From Nemertoderma westbladi (Eukaryota; Animalia; Xenacoelomorpha): a stretch of 64,000 nt of DNA. The notes under the pieces were generated by a model. The model was not told the DNA's origin. It made no database searches and saw only the letters and a program-made list of their open reading frames with translations. Both the position numbers and the translations under genes were made by a program. The stretch covers positions 1 through 64,000 of the forward strand of contig JAUCBJ010003847.1 in NCBI GenBank assembly GCA_032718475.1. Direction: 5' to 3'. Every line of letters begins with the position of its first letter. The stretch's first letter is position 1. Of the stretch, positions 11,401 through 22,434 are shown piece by piece.

Positions 11401-11498
11401 TACTACATTTTCTTTTTATAGTTCCGCCCGTGGCTACATTTTGTTCTTATAGTTCCGCCCGTGGCTACATTAAGTTCTTATAGTTCCGCCCGTGGCTA
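11401..11498 (+). repeat. ~31-bp minisatellite (ggctacattttgttcttatagttccgcccgt), also at 3480-3530
   Basis: Three tandem units here; 1-2 units lie immediately before the LTR at 3531. Confidence 0.85.
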
Positions 11499-12018
11499 TG
11501 TTGATGGGTTTGAAGTGATTTTAAAAAATCATCAAGGGGAGGTACTGGAGGCATCTGCAAACAATATTCCGCGATAAATTCTGCATCGAAAGATACCAAA
11601 TTTAACCAAATTGTATTTTTTTCCAGATGAAGAACTAATTCGCACGCCTGTTTGTGCACACCACATGTCAAATTTCCCAAAAGATTTTGCAATTTTTTGG
11701 AAACAAAGTAGATGAAGTTAGTTATGAATTGAAATAAAAAAGTAATATTCTGGAAAATTTTTTTCTTTAAAATAACCCTTTTATTGTCTTGAAAAGTGCT
11801 GACAATAAAGTAATTATAAGATTATATTGAAAGAGCATCGAAGTAGAACAGGTTTGTAAGTGATTTGAGCAAAATCCATAGACACACTCAAAAGTTATTG
11901 CAACTTTAGTGCCTGCGCGCCGTACTCCAAAACGGAACTCATTATCCAATATTGGTTTATGTAGTTAAGCGGGTCTTTAGCTACGTAATAAATATTCGAG
12001 AACACTAAATTATTTTAA

Positions 12019-12507
12019 CATTGAGTCATTAAGGCAGCATCAGGAGTTGAATAGTACACAATCATTTAAATCTCAGTAACTATGGAAGCAATATAGTAAA
12101 ATACTGCATTTCAAATTTCTTTGAAATATATTATGGTTCTATCTTTTATTAAAGAATGAAGCAACGAAAAAAGTATCAATTTAAGAATAATAAATTTTAT
12201 TTGAAAATAATTATTTATTACATGGGAAAAATTTCATTACTCTCGAGGTATTTTATTTCGAGGTATTAATAAAGGGTCGAGAGAATATTGAAAAAAAAAT
12301 GTTCTACGTTTTTTTCCCATGTAATACGTGATTTTATTCTTAAATTGGTACATTTTGTTGCTAAATTATGTAATAAAACATAGCGATATACTACCGTACA
12401 GGTGTTACAAAATAAATTTGAACTGCCGTATTTTACTATATTGCTTCCATAGTTACTGCGATTAAAATGATTGTACTCTTCAACATTCGATGTTGCCTTA
12501 CTCAATG
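12019..12507. mobile_element. Fold-back MITE with ~100-bp imperfect TIRs and TTAA flanks (piggyBac-like)
   Basis: cattgagt...agtaactatggaagcaatatagtaaaatac (12019-12118) is mirrored by 12414-12507. TTAA at 12015-12018 and 12508-12511. Confidence 0.6.
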
Positions 12508-14135
12508 TTAAGACCGTTTTGGACCATTTTGGTCCAAAATATGTCGAAATTTTTTTATGGTCTATTATACTGTAATGCACCATTGAATGGTGTTTCCAAA
12601 TCTGAAAACCGCTATTTAATAGCTCTTTTAGTTTTCTAGTTATGTAAATTTCCATTTAGGGAATCCTATTGAAATTACTATTACTATATGTATATAATGA
12701 AAGGTCGATTATCTCCAAATATTTTTTTCATGAAATTGTCAACTTCAAAACCCTACTACTTTTACAATTTTTGAGTAATTAGTCTGAAACTTCCTGTAGG
12801 TGTCTAGATAGCCACCCTGCATAAAAGTATCAGACAACTTTTTCGAAATTTTTTGTTAATAAAATTTAATACTATTTATAAAAAACCTAAAAATTAGCAT
12901 AAATTTGCAGCGCCACCTAGCGGTGCAGAATTATTTTAACAAAATTTCGCCAGATAGTTATGTTGCCCCATCTTTGATCTATCATATAAAAAACTTTCAT
13001 GTGATTAGGTTCAAAACTGTAAAAGCCTTAGTCTTAGTCTTAGCCCAAGTTTTTTTTATTGTTAACTAGTATTAACTAATAGTAAATAGCGAAAAAAAAA
13101 TTTTCTAACCTGTGGGGCGAGCCACGAAGTGAGTGAGCCTTAGCGTAGGGGTACCATTAATCAACCTGTCGTTCTGTCGTTCTGTCGCGTTTTTTTTTCA
13201 GTATTTTATTTTAAACGTTAATAACTCGGCCAATCCTTGATGAAATCTATCCAAACTTGGTACACATGTTGTTTGGCAAAAGTTTGAAAATTTTCCAAGT
13301 AGAATTGCGTGGGGCCTTCATGCAGCATCAGTGTAACTGTTATTGCAGTTATAATAAATTTATTTATCCAAATTTAAAATGCGTTAAATTATTATTACTG
13401 TAGGATAAATCAGCTGGGTTTCTGACAAATTTTGCAATTCATTGGGGCTGTCTGCATGTACCATGTGTACCGGTACTGTCAGGCTGTACTCAATCCCTGA
13501 ATCGAGAATCCTGCAATCAGTCAATACTGCAATACTGGTCAGCCGGTACCATACACTGCAGACATGCCATATCATGTAATCTAATTAAACATGGCCCTGG
13601 CCTGGCAACCCTTGCGGTGATTATAGTTTAGGCCTAACTGCCTAATAGCCCAGTACCGGCACCGGTAATAATAATATAATAGTTTAGATAGTTACCGCTA
13701 ATCATTCAGTCATTGGCACGGTACACCGTATTGCTGTACTGCCGTTGTAGTGCGCACCGTAGGTACCACCCTACTACCGGTACCGGCTGACCGGTGGCAA
13801 CTAGCACTTCACAGCAACAGCACTACCGGCGATACACAGATTGGAATTTATGTAGAGTTTGCTCAACAGTACCGGTACAGATATAAAATAGTTACCGGTA
13901 TCTAAATTATATATATTACTATTGACAAGTATTGAAATATATACCGTTATTCGTGTTATCAGTATTTGCAACATCTGACATTGAAGAGGTGAGAGAAGAT
14001 GAATACCGGCACTCAGCAAAACCAACGCTTACAGGCTTATCACAGGTCGGTATGGTTACCTCGAAACCGGCGCGACTGTCCACTCGAATACAACTTCAAA
14101 ACACAAACGCCAACAATAAACTGAAAGCGAATCAA

Positions 14136-14465
14136 ATGTCTTCAGAAGAATCTGTCATTGGGACGAAGAAAAGGAAGCCGAAACTACGGGAATGGACCAC
14201 AGCTAAGATTGAATGCTCCCATTGTCAGAGTTCCTGGACCGAAATTGAAACACCAATTGCCGATGGGCTTGATCTCTCAAACCAAAACTTCCTCTGCAGG
14301 CTTTGCGCAGCAGTAAAGATTGAAAGTCTGGAAGCTGGCATCCCTAGGTATTATTATTATAAAGAGCGTCAGCCTGCGTTTAATAAATATATTTTAATAC
14401 AAAACAGGTCGAACGCAAAGAGGCTTATAATGAAGACGAGTACTGCATTGATTATATTCCTATAA
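14136..14465 (+). pseudogene. Possible CR1/L2 LINE ORF1 N-terminal zinc-finger fragment
   Basis: IECSHC...NFLCRLCAAVKIESLE resembles the Zn-finger/coiled-coil start of CR1-type ORF1. No ORF2 follows. Confidence 0.3.
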
Positions 14466-14937
14466 ACCACCTGGCTTTGCATATTGAACGTGCGTTTGGA
14501 AATAAGTTCGTGCTACCCTTCCGTGGGTGGTAGATGTCGCGGTTATGTATTGGTGGGTGGGGGGAGGGGGGGGGGGGGGTGCAGATTAAAAGGGGTGAAC
14601 ACGTACTGTCCCCCTTTCTTTGATTAATTGGTGGTGTGGGTTAATCTCTCATAACCTGATTTTGTGATACAGTCGCACAATTTTAATTTGTATCTCATAA
14701 CTGGGCCTCGTGCTGCGCGAAGGCCCCACGAACGTGTCATGTATGTAGAATAGCATCTTAGGCACCTATATGCCAAATTTTAGCCAAAACCAAACAATTT
14801 TGAAACGCTGAGAGTGATAAATCGAAGAGTTGTCCGAAAATGGTGTACCCCCCCCCCCCCCCCCCCCCCCCCCCTCTTAAAATAATGTAGTGTTCTCGAA
14901 TATTTATTACGTTAACTAGAGAACCGCTTAACTACAT

Positions 14938-15074
14938 AGTAGTGTCATGTAGGCCTATATATTTGATACTGAAAGTAAAGTGAAAGTAAGTACCGTTTCG
15001 ACCTATGACAGTATCTCGGTAATAATGTCCCTAGATGGGGCGATGCAAAAGGGAGGGGAGTCTGTATCAGTACA
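14938..15074 (-). repeat. Gypsy 3' LTR, outer end truncated
   Basis: Starts TGTACTGATAC after the PPT on the minus strand; matches 38283-38406. Confidence 0.8.
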
Positions 15075-15111
15075 TCCCCCTTCTAGCTCTGAGATTTTCT
15101 CGGAGTTCTCA

Positions 15112-16030
15112 TCAGAGTCTTTCGGGTGGGTGCCGATTTCTGGATGGGTAAGATCGGCATTGACCCCATGTGACAGGTTTGCGTAGGTGATTGTCGGCTA
15201 AGGGCTTCTGCAGTAGAGTTTTCTCGCCGCCTTGGATGATCGAGGTGTCATACAGGAGGAACCGGCGGTTGTGTTGAAGGACGAGCCTGGAAGCCGTTTG
15301 TACCATGTACCGAAGCTTTGGTCCAACTTCGACAATCGTCCCGGTTTTGTCCCAGCGGTTGGTCAACGGATTCTGAATGCGAACCGGATTTCCAACGGTC
15401 AGTGGGTCGAGCGTCTTGGAGCCCTTATTGTATTGGAGTTCTGGGACCTTGGAATCCAACTGGGTGCGGACTTTTTGATGGTCTGAGTGGAATGCCCGAC
15501 TGTGCAGGGACCAGTGTGCGCATCTGGTGGTCGAAGAGGATTTTGGCTGGTGATTTCCCATGAGCCAAGGGCGAGTTCCGTAACCCCATTAGTCCCACCT
15601 TGAACGCTTTGGAGGTTGTTGACCCGCCGACCTTTGTGATGAGTGTTTTAAGTGCTTTGACTGCACTCTCTGCGTGTCCGTTGCTCTGAGCATATTCTGG
15701 CGAAGAGGGGCCCCATGTAATGCCGTAGTCACGTAGGAAGTCATGGGGGGTGGAGCCTGAGAATTGAGTTCCTCCATCGCTGCGGTATCGGGTTGGGATG
15801 CCAAAATGCATGAAAACATCACGGAGGCACTCGACTGTTTTTGCGGAAGTTGGTGGATTGTTGAATGTGTATATCTCTGGCCAACCAGAGTAACGGTCAG
15901 CAATAGCCAGGTAATGTTTCCCGTTTAATACGAAAAAATCGCCCGAAACGTCCTCAAAAGGTCGAGTTGCTAGAGGATCTTGTATGATCGGTTCCTTTGG
16001 GAGGCTTGATCGGTGGGAGAGGCAAGCGCT
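15112..16030 (-). pseudogene. pol: Gypsy integrase core and C-terminus, frameshifted
   Basis: RPFEDVSGDFF, IADRYSGWP, GIPTRYRSDGGTQF, QSNGHAESAVK, SPAKILF, VRIQNP..RWDKTG. Confidence 0.9.
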
Positions 16031-16738
16031 AGTAGTAGAAGAAGGATGGAGCTCCCGCCCCTCCTCCCTAGCTTGGTCTATGGGAGATATCTCGGAGGAC
16101 TATTGAAAATGCTAAATTTTGATGAATTTTAATGACCATCTGTCACCGTCAGTATTGATTCGCGTCTTTGCATCAACCAATCATCGATATTCACCTACGC
16201 GTAGCCTAACCTCGCCATGCACGCCTTACTCAACTGCTGTTACCAACCGACAGTATTGTTTCGCGTCGTTGCATCAACCAATCATCGATATTCATCTTCG
16301 CGTAGCCTAACCTCACGATGCATGCCTAGCCCCACCCACCCACCGCTACTCGACTGCTGTTACTCGATGCTTGCCTAGCCCTCTGGTTACTCCCCCTTTC
16401 CCCTCGCTACCATGACGACAACGATAGAGTCAGTCACGGACGTTGCCATCTCCACACTTGCATATACCAAGCTATGCTATTATATTGATTGTCAACTCAT
16501 CGATTTACCCACCGCTACTCGACTGCTGTTACTAACTAACCAACCTACCAACCAGCCAACCAGTATGAGTCTTGAAATTCCGCTACGCGTACACGTACAC
16601 GTTGTCGCATTTCCATAGTTACTCAACCTAACCCTACCACATCTGTGACATATTGAAAGGCTAACATTATACTGCGCGTTTTTATTATAATTATTGATTA
16701 TTATTATTATTACGCACAACCCAATGATTCATATTCGT
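16031..16738 (+). repeat. Polinton left TIR (708 bp)
   Basis: Reverse complement of 33467-34174, with about 12 substitutions by manual comparison. Confidence 0.95.
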
Positions 16739-17065
16739 CGACGCTAATGAACTAATATGTATGAGTGTTATATGAGACTTGAAATCCCGCTACGCGTACA
16801 CGTACATTATTGATTATTATTATTATTACGCAGAACCCAATATTTTTCAATTGTACTGTATTTCCCTACCAACTAATCAACCAACCAATAAACCGAATTT
16901 AGGCTATTTTACGGTTTAAGACCTGTATTATTTTTGAAAATATCTTATATATAATCTCTTGCTTTAATCACAATTAATCATTTATAATGGTTTTAGTTTA
17001 AAAGTTTTTACTTTGTTTGTTTGATTTACAATAAAATAAATTAAATAATATCTTCTGATTCCGAT

Positions 17066-17299
17066 ATGGTTATGCCAATAGTAAGGCATTCATTTTTTGC
17101 AGAAGATGGCGAAGCCTATATTGTTATTGATTATACAATTTACCGTCGAGGAGATGATAAATATAAAATCGATTTTTCTGAAAAAGCCAGGAAAGTTTTA
17201 AGCACAATTGATATTGATGCTTCTGAAAATACAATTCATCTCTTAGATTACAACCTAAAAGTTGATCATGAGGGAAAATTAATCAACATCTTATTATAA
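17066..17299 (+). CDS. Polinton hypothetical protein (77 aa)
   Basis: ATG-initiated, protein-like composition, first gene after the TIR, co-oriented with the cluster. Confidence 0.5.
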   Translation: MVMPIVRHSFFAEDGEAYIVIDYTIYRRGDDKYKIDFSEKARKVLSTIDIDASENTIHLLDYNLKVDHEGKLINILL

Positions 17300-17330
17300 T
17301 CTATTATAATATTATAATCATCTATTATCA

Positions 17331-17519
17331 ATGATAGATGGGTTAATTGTTATTACACAATACAACGAAGCTGGTGAAAAGTTTGAAATACAACTAAATC
17401 GACATAATCCCTACGAAATTATGTCTTTCTTTATTGTAATGATTTCAAAAGAATCCTTTGTCGAGACTGAAAAATCAACAGATAATGTTGAATTTGTTGA
17501 TAATATCATCGATTCTTGA
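17331..17519 (+). CDS. Polinton hypothetical acidic protein (62 aa)
   Basis: ATG-initiated, closely spaced to and co-oriented with the previous gene. Confidence 0.4.
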   Translation: MIDGLIVITQYNEAGEKFEIQLNRHNPYEIMSFFIVMISKESFVETEKSTDNVEFVDNIIDS

Positions 17520-17703
17520 CTTTTTCCCTTATATTATAAATATTTTATGATTATTTTTAAAATTTTGATCTTTTTAAGTATGAAAACAAAAAAATCAAAT
17601 TTTAAATAATCGAAAATTGTAGTAGTATTTGTATATACAGTATATCGGATTTGTTTGTTATGTATTGAGGTAATTATTTTCAATTTACTTTAAGATTGGG
17701 AAA

Positions 17704-18152
17704 ATGGATATTTTAAACGAAAAATGTCCAGTTTGCTATTATTATTATTGCTACATACATTATTGCTATAGTTATTGCAACATCGAGATTATTATAAATG
17801 TGAAAATAAACATGCAACTTGCGTACGATGTATTGTACAATATTCCGAAATGAATAATTATTGTTCTAAAATTTGTCCTATTTGTCGCACACCCATATCT
17901 AAGTTAAATATGAAGTTGGCGAGATACGAACCCTATTATTGGAAAGAGCTACGAAATATAACTTATATTTCCACGGAAAGTAATATTCCTGGAGATTTAT
18001 TTACAATATTGGAGAATATTTTTTATAGAAATGTAGTACGACGGTGTTGCTACTATGTCCCTTATTTTTTCAACAGCGAACATAGAAAAATTATTGGTGC
18101 AAAATTTCTGGCCCATCTGGTTCCGGAAAGTCTACATTTGTTGGCAATTTAA
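17704..18152 (+). pseudogene. RING-finger (C3HC4-like) protein, frameshifted
   Basis: ATG 17704 gives MDILNEKCPVC; a second frame gives CENKHATCVRC...CPICR. Together they supply the eight RING ligands; the break lies in a (TAT)n-rich stretch. Confidence 0.7.
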
Positions 18153-18724
18153 TTAAACACAAGAATGGTTGCTTCAACGAGCCTCCCTTGCGAGTATTGT
18201 ATTGTTACGGGAGCAATCCCCCGACTATTCCAGGTATTACTCACCTTTACAAAGGTTTGCCAGAAAATATAGATAGTTTAGTGAATAGTCGAGATTTATT
18301 AATTATAGATGATTAATTAACAGAAACTGAGTCCAGTACAGCCTTAACTGTATTGTTTACTAAGGTAACTCATCATTCCAATATATTTATTTGTTTCATA
18401 ACGCAAAACATGTTTTACGGAGGGAAGCATAACCGTACAAGATCAATTAATAGCCATACCTTAGTATTAATGAAAAATCCACGAGACAGTTTATCGGTTT
18501 TAAATTTCGCGAAGCAGATGTTACCAGGGCAGACCAAATTTTTAGTAGATTCCTATCAAGATGCGACTATTGAACCATTTTTGCATTTCTTAATTGATTT
18601 ACGACAGGAAACACCCGAACATTTAAGATTTAGATCGGATATATTTCGTAATCATAATTGTTACATTAAAAATTACATTGACTATAAACGTAGCGAAAAT
18701 AATAATAATAATAATAATAATTAA
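18086..18724 (+). pseudogene. A32/FtsK-like packaging ATPase with in-frame stop
   Basis: One frame carries Walker A ISGPSGSGKST (~18104-18136), VLYCYG, Walker B LLIIDD then TAA (18314), followed by FITQNMF and VLMKNPRD. Confidence 0.9.
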
Positions 18725-18757
18725 TATTTTGTAACAATATTCAATAATGTTGCAACA

Positions 18758-19141
18758 ATGAATCGACTTGTGCAGAAATATCGTAACAAATTGGAATTTC
18801 TACGCAGTGCTACCCCTCAACAAAGAACTTATTCTATTAACCATACCGCGAGTAACGAATTAATACTGCTCTTTGTAAATACTGCATTAAATGTTCTAAA
18901 AGGTAACGTACAATTGACCCCTCATTCATTTAGAAATATTCGTCGTTATAAAAAGGTATTAAAATCACTCAACCGCAAAACAAAAAATATATCAAGTTAC
19001 AGAAAAAAGTTAACCAATCAATCCGGTGGTATACTACCGTTTCTAATACCCTTACTCGGCATTGGCGCGAAACTCGCTGCAGGAGCTGGTGCCGCCGCCG
19101 CTGGAGCGGCTATTGCAAAAAGAATTAACCGCGGACGGTAA
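18758..19141 (+). CDS. Basic core protein with adenovirus pX-like C-terminus
   Basis: NQSGG^ILPFLIPLLGIG resembles the adenovirus pX adenain site and hydrophobic tail (RGG^FLPALIP); Lys/Arg-rich body. Confidence 0.75.
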   Translation: MNRLVQKYRNKLEFLRSATPQQRTYSINHTASNELILLFVNTALNVLKGNVQLTPHSFRNIRRYKKVLKSLNRKTKNISSYRKKLTNQSGGILPFLIPLLGIGAKLAAGAGAAAAGAAIAKRINRGR

Positions 19142-19362
19142 TAATGGTTAAAACGGGAGTAACATTTAGAAAATTATATTTAGTATCGAGTAAACCGTTA
19201 GCTACTGATTTACAACCTCAAGATATACCTAGAGTAAATACTACAAAAAGAAAACCCTTCAAAACATCAACTTCAAAGAAAATAAAAAAATTTCAGCTGT
19301 TTTTACGGTGATGCCCTTTATAAGAGATTTGAATATACATATTACTTGCGGTTGTCGAAAAG

Positions 19363-20451
19363 ATGCCACGCAAGATGAGACCGATTTTAAGCCGAAGCTT
19401 AGACAAAAAACTGTTAAGAATTTATTCAGATCCATCATCACCTGCGGGTTTTGCAAGTATCGCAAAATTAGCAAAAGCCGCAAACATCAAACCATCTCAA
19501 GCTCAGAAATGGTTGAGCGGGCAAAAGACATACTCCCTTCACACACCACGTAGACATCATTATCCAACATCTAAAATATTTACGGGATGGTTAAAAGATA
19601 TATATATGATAGATCTGGTGGATATGCAGCAATATAAATCACAAAATAATAATTATAACTATATATTAACATGTATTGATGCCTTTAGCCGGCTTGCTTT
19701 TGCCTATGGTATGAAAACAAAAACAGGTATTGAAATTATTAGTATATTGCAAAAAATATTCCAGAAAGGTAAACCCACTAGAATCGCGACTGATCAAGGG
19801 TCTGAGTTTCTAAATAAATCTGAAAGAAAATATTCAGATACTATTAGAGTACAGTATTACGTAATGTACTCTGTGAATAAGGCGGCTATTGTCGAGAGAT
19901 TCAATAGAACATTAAAAACAAAGATGTTCAAAATTTTCACGCAATGGGGAAATATTGTTTGGATAAAAATTTTACCAAAGCTTATCTTTGCTTATAATAG
20001 GTCATTTCATAGGACTATACAAATGACGCCCATTGAAGTTAATAAATTTAATGAAACTGAATTAATTAATAGATTATATGGGAAATATAGACAGATTAAT
20101 CACAAGAAAATAAAATTTAAAGTTGGAGATACAGTACGATTATCTATCTCGCGTACTGCTTTTGCTAAAGGCTATCGAGAACAATGGACACGTGAATTAT
20201 TTATTATTCATCGGGTCAGATTGGATATAGTACCAGCGGTAATGTTCGATATTAAGGACAGTGCTGGTGCTATAATAAATGGTTCATTTTATTCATACGA
20301 ACTCCAAAAGGTCCACCCGAGTAGTAATATTTATCTTCCGATTGACAAAAATATTGGCAAACTTAAAGAACGTGTGCGCAATGGGAAAAAAGAATATTTA
20401 GTCCGATTCATTGGATCCAAGAAACAGTCTTGGGTACATCATATTAAATAA
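19363..20451 (+). CDS. INT: Polinton retroviral-like (rve) integrase with chromo-like C-terminus
   Basis: YSDPSSPAGFAS, YSLH, DDE triad in IDLVDM / TDQGSEF / VERFNRTLK, FKVGDTVR, YLVRFIG...SWV. Intact 362 aa. Confidence 0.95.
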   Translation: MPRKMRPILSRSLDKKLLRIYSDPSSPAGFASIAKLAKAANIKPSQAQKWLSGQKTYSLHTPRRHHYPTSKIFTGWLKDIYMIDLVDMQQYKSQNNNYNYILTCIDAFSRLAFAYGMKTKTGIEIISILQKIFQKGKPTRIATDQGSEFLNKSERKYSDTIRVQYYVMYSVNKAAIVERFNRTLKTKMFKIFTQWGNIVWIKILPKLIFAYNRSFHRTIQMTPIEVNKFNETELINRLYGKYRQINHKKIKFKVGDTVRLSISRTAFAKGYREQWTRELFIIHRVRLDIVPAVMFDIKDSAGAIINGSFYSYELQKVHPSSNIYLPIDKNIGKLKERVRNGKKEYLVRFIGSKKQSWVHHIK

Positions 20452-20688
20452 GTTTAGGTTTATACTGTATATTAGTTCATTGAGTGAATAATGGTCACAT
20501 ATGGCCATAATTAATCAATGTTAACTCGAATGATATTACTATACTATACTGTAAGTCTAATATCTATAGTTCATTCGCTTTAAATAAAGCCAGTAAAATA
20601 TTGATCCCTCGCATATACTGTAGACGCGGCAATGAACGTGGCAACAGATGTCTATAATTTAACATTATACTGTATGTACAAAGTAGTC

Positions 20689-20691
<3 letters not shown>

Positions 20692-20724
<33 letters not shown>
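20692..20724 (+). repeat. (AG)n microsatellite
   Basis: About 16 AG units just upstream of penton 1. Confidence 0.9.
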
Positions 20725-20728
<4 letters not shown>

Positions 20729-20744
20729 AATAATAATAATAATA

Positions 20745-21594
20745 ATGACTATAGGTACATATATCACTCTAGTTTCAGATAGCTCATTAAACACATATCC
20801 TAATAATAACCCTAGCGAGTTTACTGTTGATTTAGCCAAAGAATTATATATTGGTCCAAACGCTAAAATTGGGCAAGCAACATACAGTAATATTACTTTG
20901 CAAACTCAAATCTCACTGTCAATCGGGGTAGATGCAAAAGATGCCAAATTATACAGTTTATTTCAAGGTATGCATAGCTCTATTCAAGTCATTATTGATG
21001 ATATAAATAAACTGTTTAATTCTGAAGCGAAATATAAAGATTTCGAATTCATTTTTAATACAAATAATTCTAGAATTAAATTTAAATTTCCTAAAAAGTT
21101 GAAAAAAATACAATTAAGTCTACGCGGTGATTTAATACAAATTCTAGGCTTAAAACAATTATTGGATCAGAATCATCCGGGTATTCCGAATTGGGATATA
21201 TACAGTACCACTACCGTAGATGAATTAAGCAATATAGAACAGCCGATATTAATTTTAAATTATAGTGGACCAAAAATTTCAGAAATTGGTATTTTAGATT
21301 TTCCAGATCCCACAAATATTACTCGTAATAAAGATACAATCTTCATATATACAGATATTATTGAAAGCTCTTTTGTTGGTGATGCTTTAGCTCCGCTCTT
21401 AAGAACCTGTCCTTTAACACAATTAAATCGAAAATATATTAATCACGAATACGAGAGCATTTGCATTACTCATTGTTGAATAAAAAACTAAAAACAATCT
21501 TAATTACTTTACGTGACAGTCAAGGTGAATTAATTAATTCAACGGTGGTCGCACTGTTATAACACTTAAGTTAATACGCGGTGGTGATGGATGA
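20745..21594 (+). pseudogene. Minor capsid protein (penton) 1, C-terminal frameshifts
   Basis: YITLVSDSSLNTYPNNNPSEFTVDL; IFIYTDIIESSFVGDALAPLLR; shifted frames continue ILITLRDSQGELIN and NGGRTVITLKL. Confidence 0.85.
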
Positions 21595-22433
21595 ATTCTA
21601 TGTTAGGCTACCAAGTAACTCGTGTCCAATTGATTTTCCCCATAATACTAATAGTAATTATCAGATCAATTTTCATGGTGCCTTACCTATAAATCCAAAC
21701 GAAAACTGGGTGGTTGGTATAAAAAGTATATTTTACTTAGCCACGTTACCGTCCATGTATAACAATGTAGAGAATGTTATTTTATTAAAAAAGGGAAAAA
21801 AAAAAATTTTGAGGATACACTTCCATCTGGTTTGTTCTACAGTATTAATGACATTATAGATTATTTTAACACTGGGGCGTTGAAAGATAAATTACAAATA
21901 GTTGAAAATACTCAGCAAAATAGATTGCAATTTATTTTAGGGAAAACTGTACGAGAATTATTTATAGGTCAACAATTAGACTATTATTTTGAATTACTGA
22001 AAATAATCTCGGTGTGAATTTAAATCCAAATTTTAAAATTATTTTGAAGACGAAAAATAATATAAAGGGTTATTTAATAAAGATTATCGGAAATGAAGAA
22101 AAAGCTTACCAAATGGTATTTTTATGTCTTCAACCACCCAATTCTATTCCAGAACCTAAGTCAAACATGTGCGTGACTACTAATATAATTGAAAATGAAT
22201 ATATTAATGATTTTGACTTAGCTTTACTTCGTTGCGTGGCGATACCTGATGATGTGAAATATGGCAGTGTAATAAATAAAGAATTTGCCAAGGATACAAT
22301 TCATTATATCCCTGTAAAAAAATCATATATGATAACATACATTCATATTGAAATAACAGACAAAGAAGGAAAAGATTTGAATTTTGAATACGGCACAACT
22401 TCTATTACCTTACACTTTAAAAAAATATATTAA
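21587..22433 (+). pseudogene. Minor capsid protein (penton) 2, frameshifted
   Basis: MDEFYVRLPSNSCPIDFPHNTNSNY...NWVVGI; TNIIENEYIND...LLRCV; IHIEITDKEGKDLNFEYGTTSITLHFKK. Split over ORFs 21581, 21832 and 22014, with one break at a long A run. Confidence 0.85.
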
Positions 22434-22434
22434 A

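Noticed and set aside
11401-11498. CRISPR-like array
   Set aside because: Head-to-tail repeats with no unique spacers, no cas genes and a eukaryotic context. The same applies to the repeats at 26131-26747, 43650-43740 and 58950-59100.
16119-16719. Small ORFs in the TIRs (mirrored at 33486-34086)
   Set aside because: Low-complexity and duplicated only because of the TIR; substitutions are often non-synonymous.
19144-19379. Possible small gene (MVKTGVTFRKLYLVS...) between the pX-like gene and INT
   Set aside because: Plausible by position, but under 60 aa unless a frameshift is assumed; not supportable without homologues.
21780-21810. Programmed ribosomal frameshift at the A-run in penton 2
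   Set aside because: The gene has further breaks and the element is generally decayed; mutation or homopolymer error is simpler.
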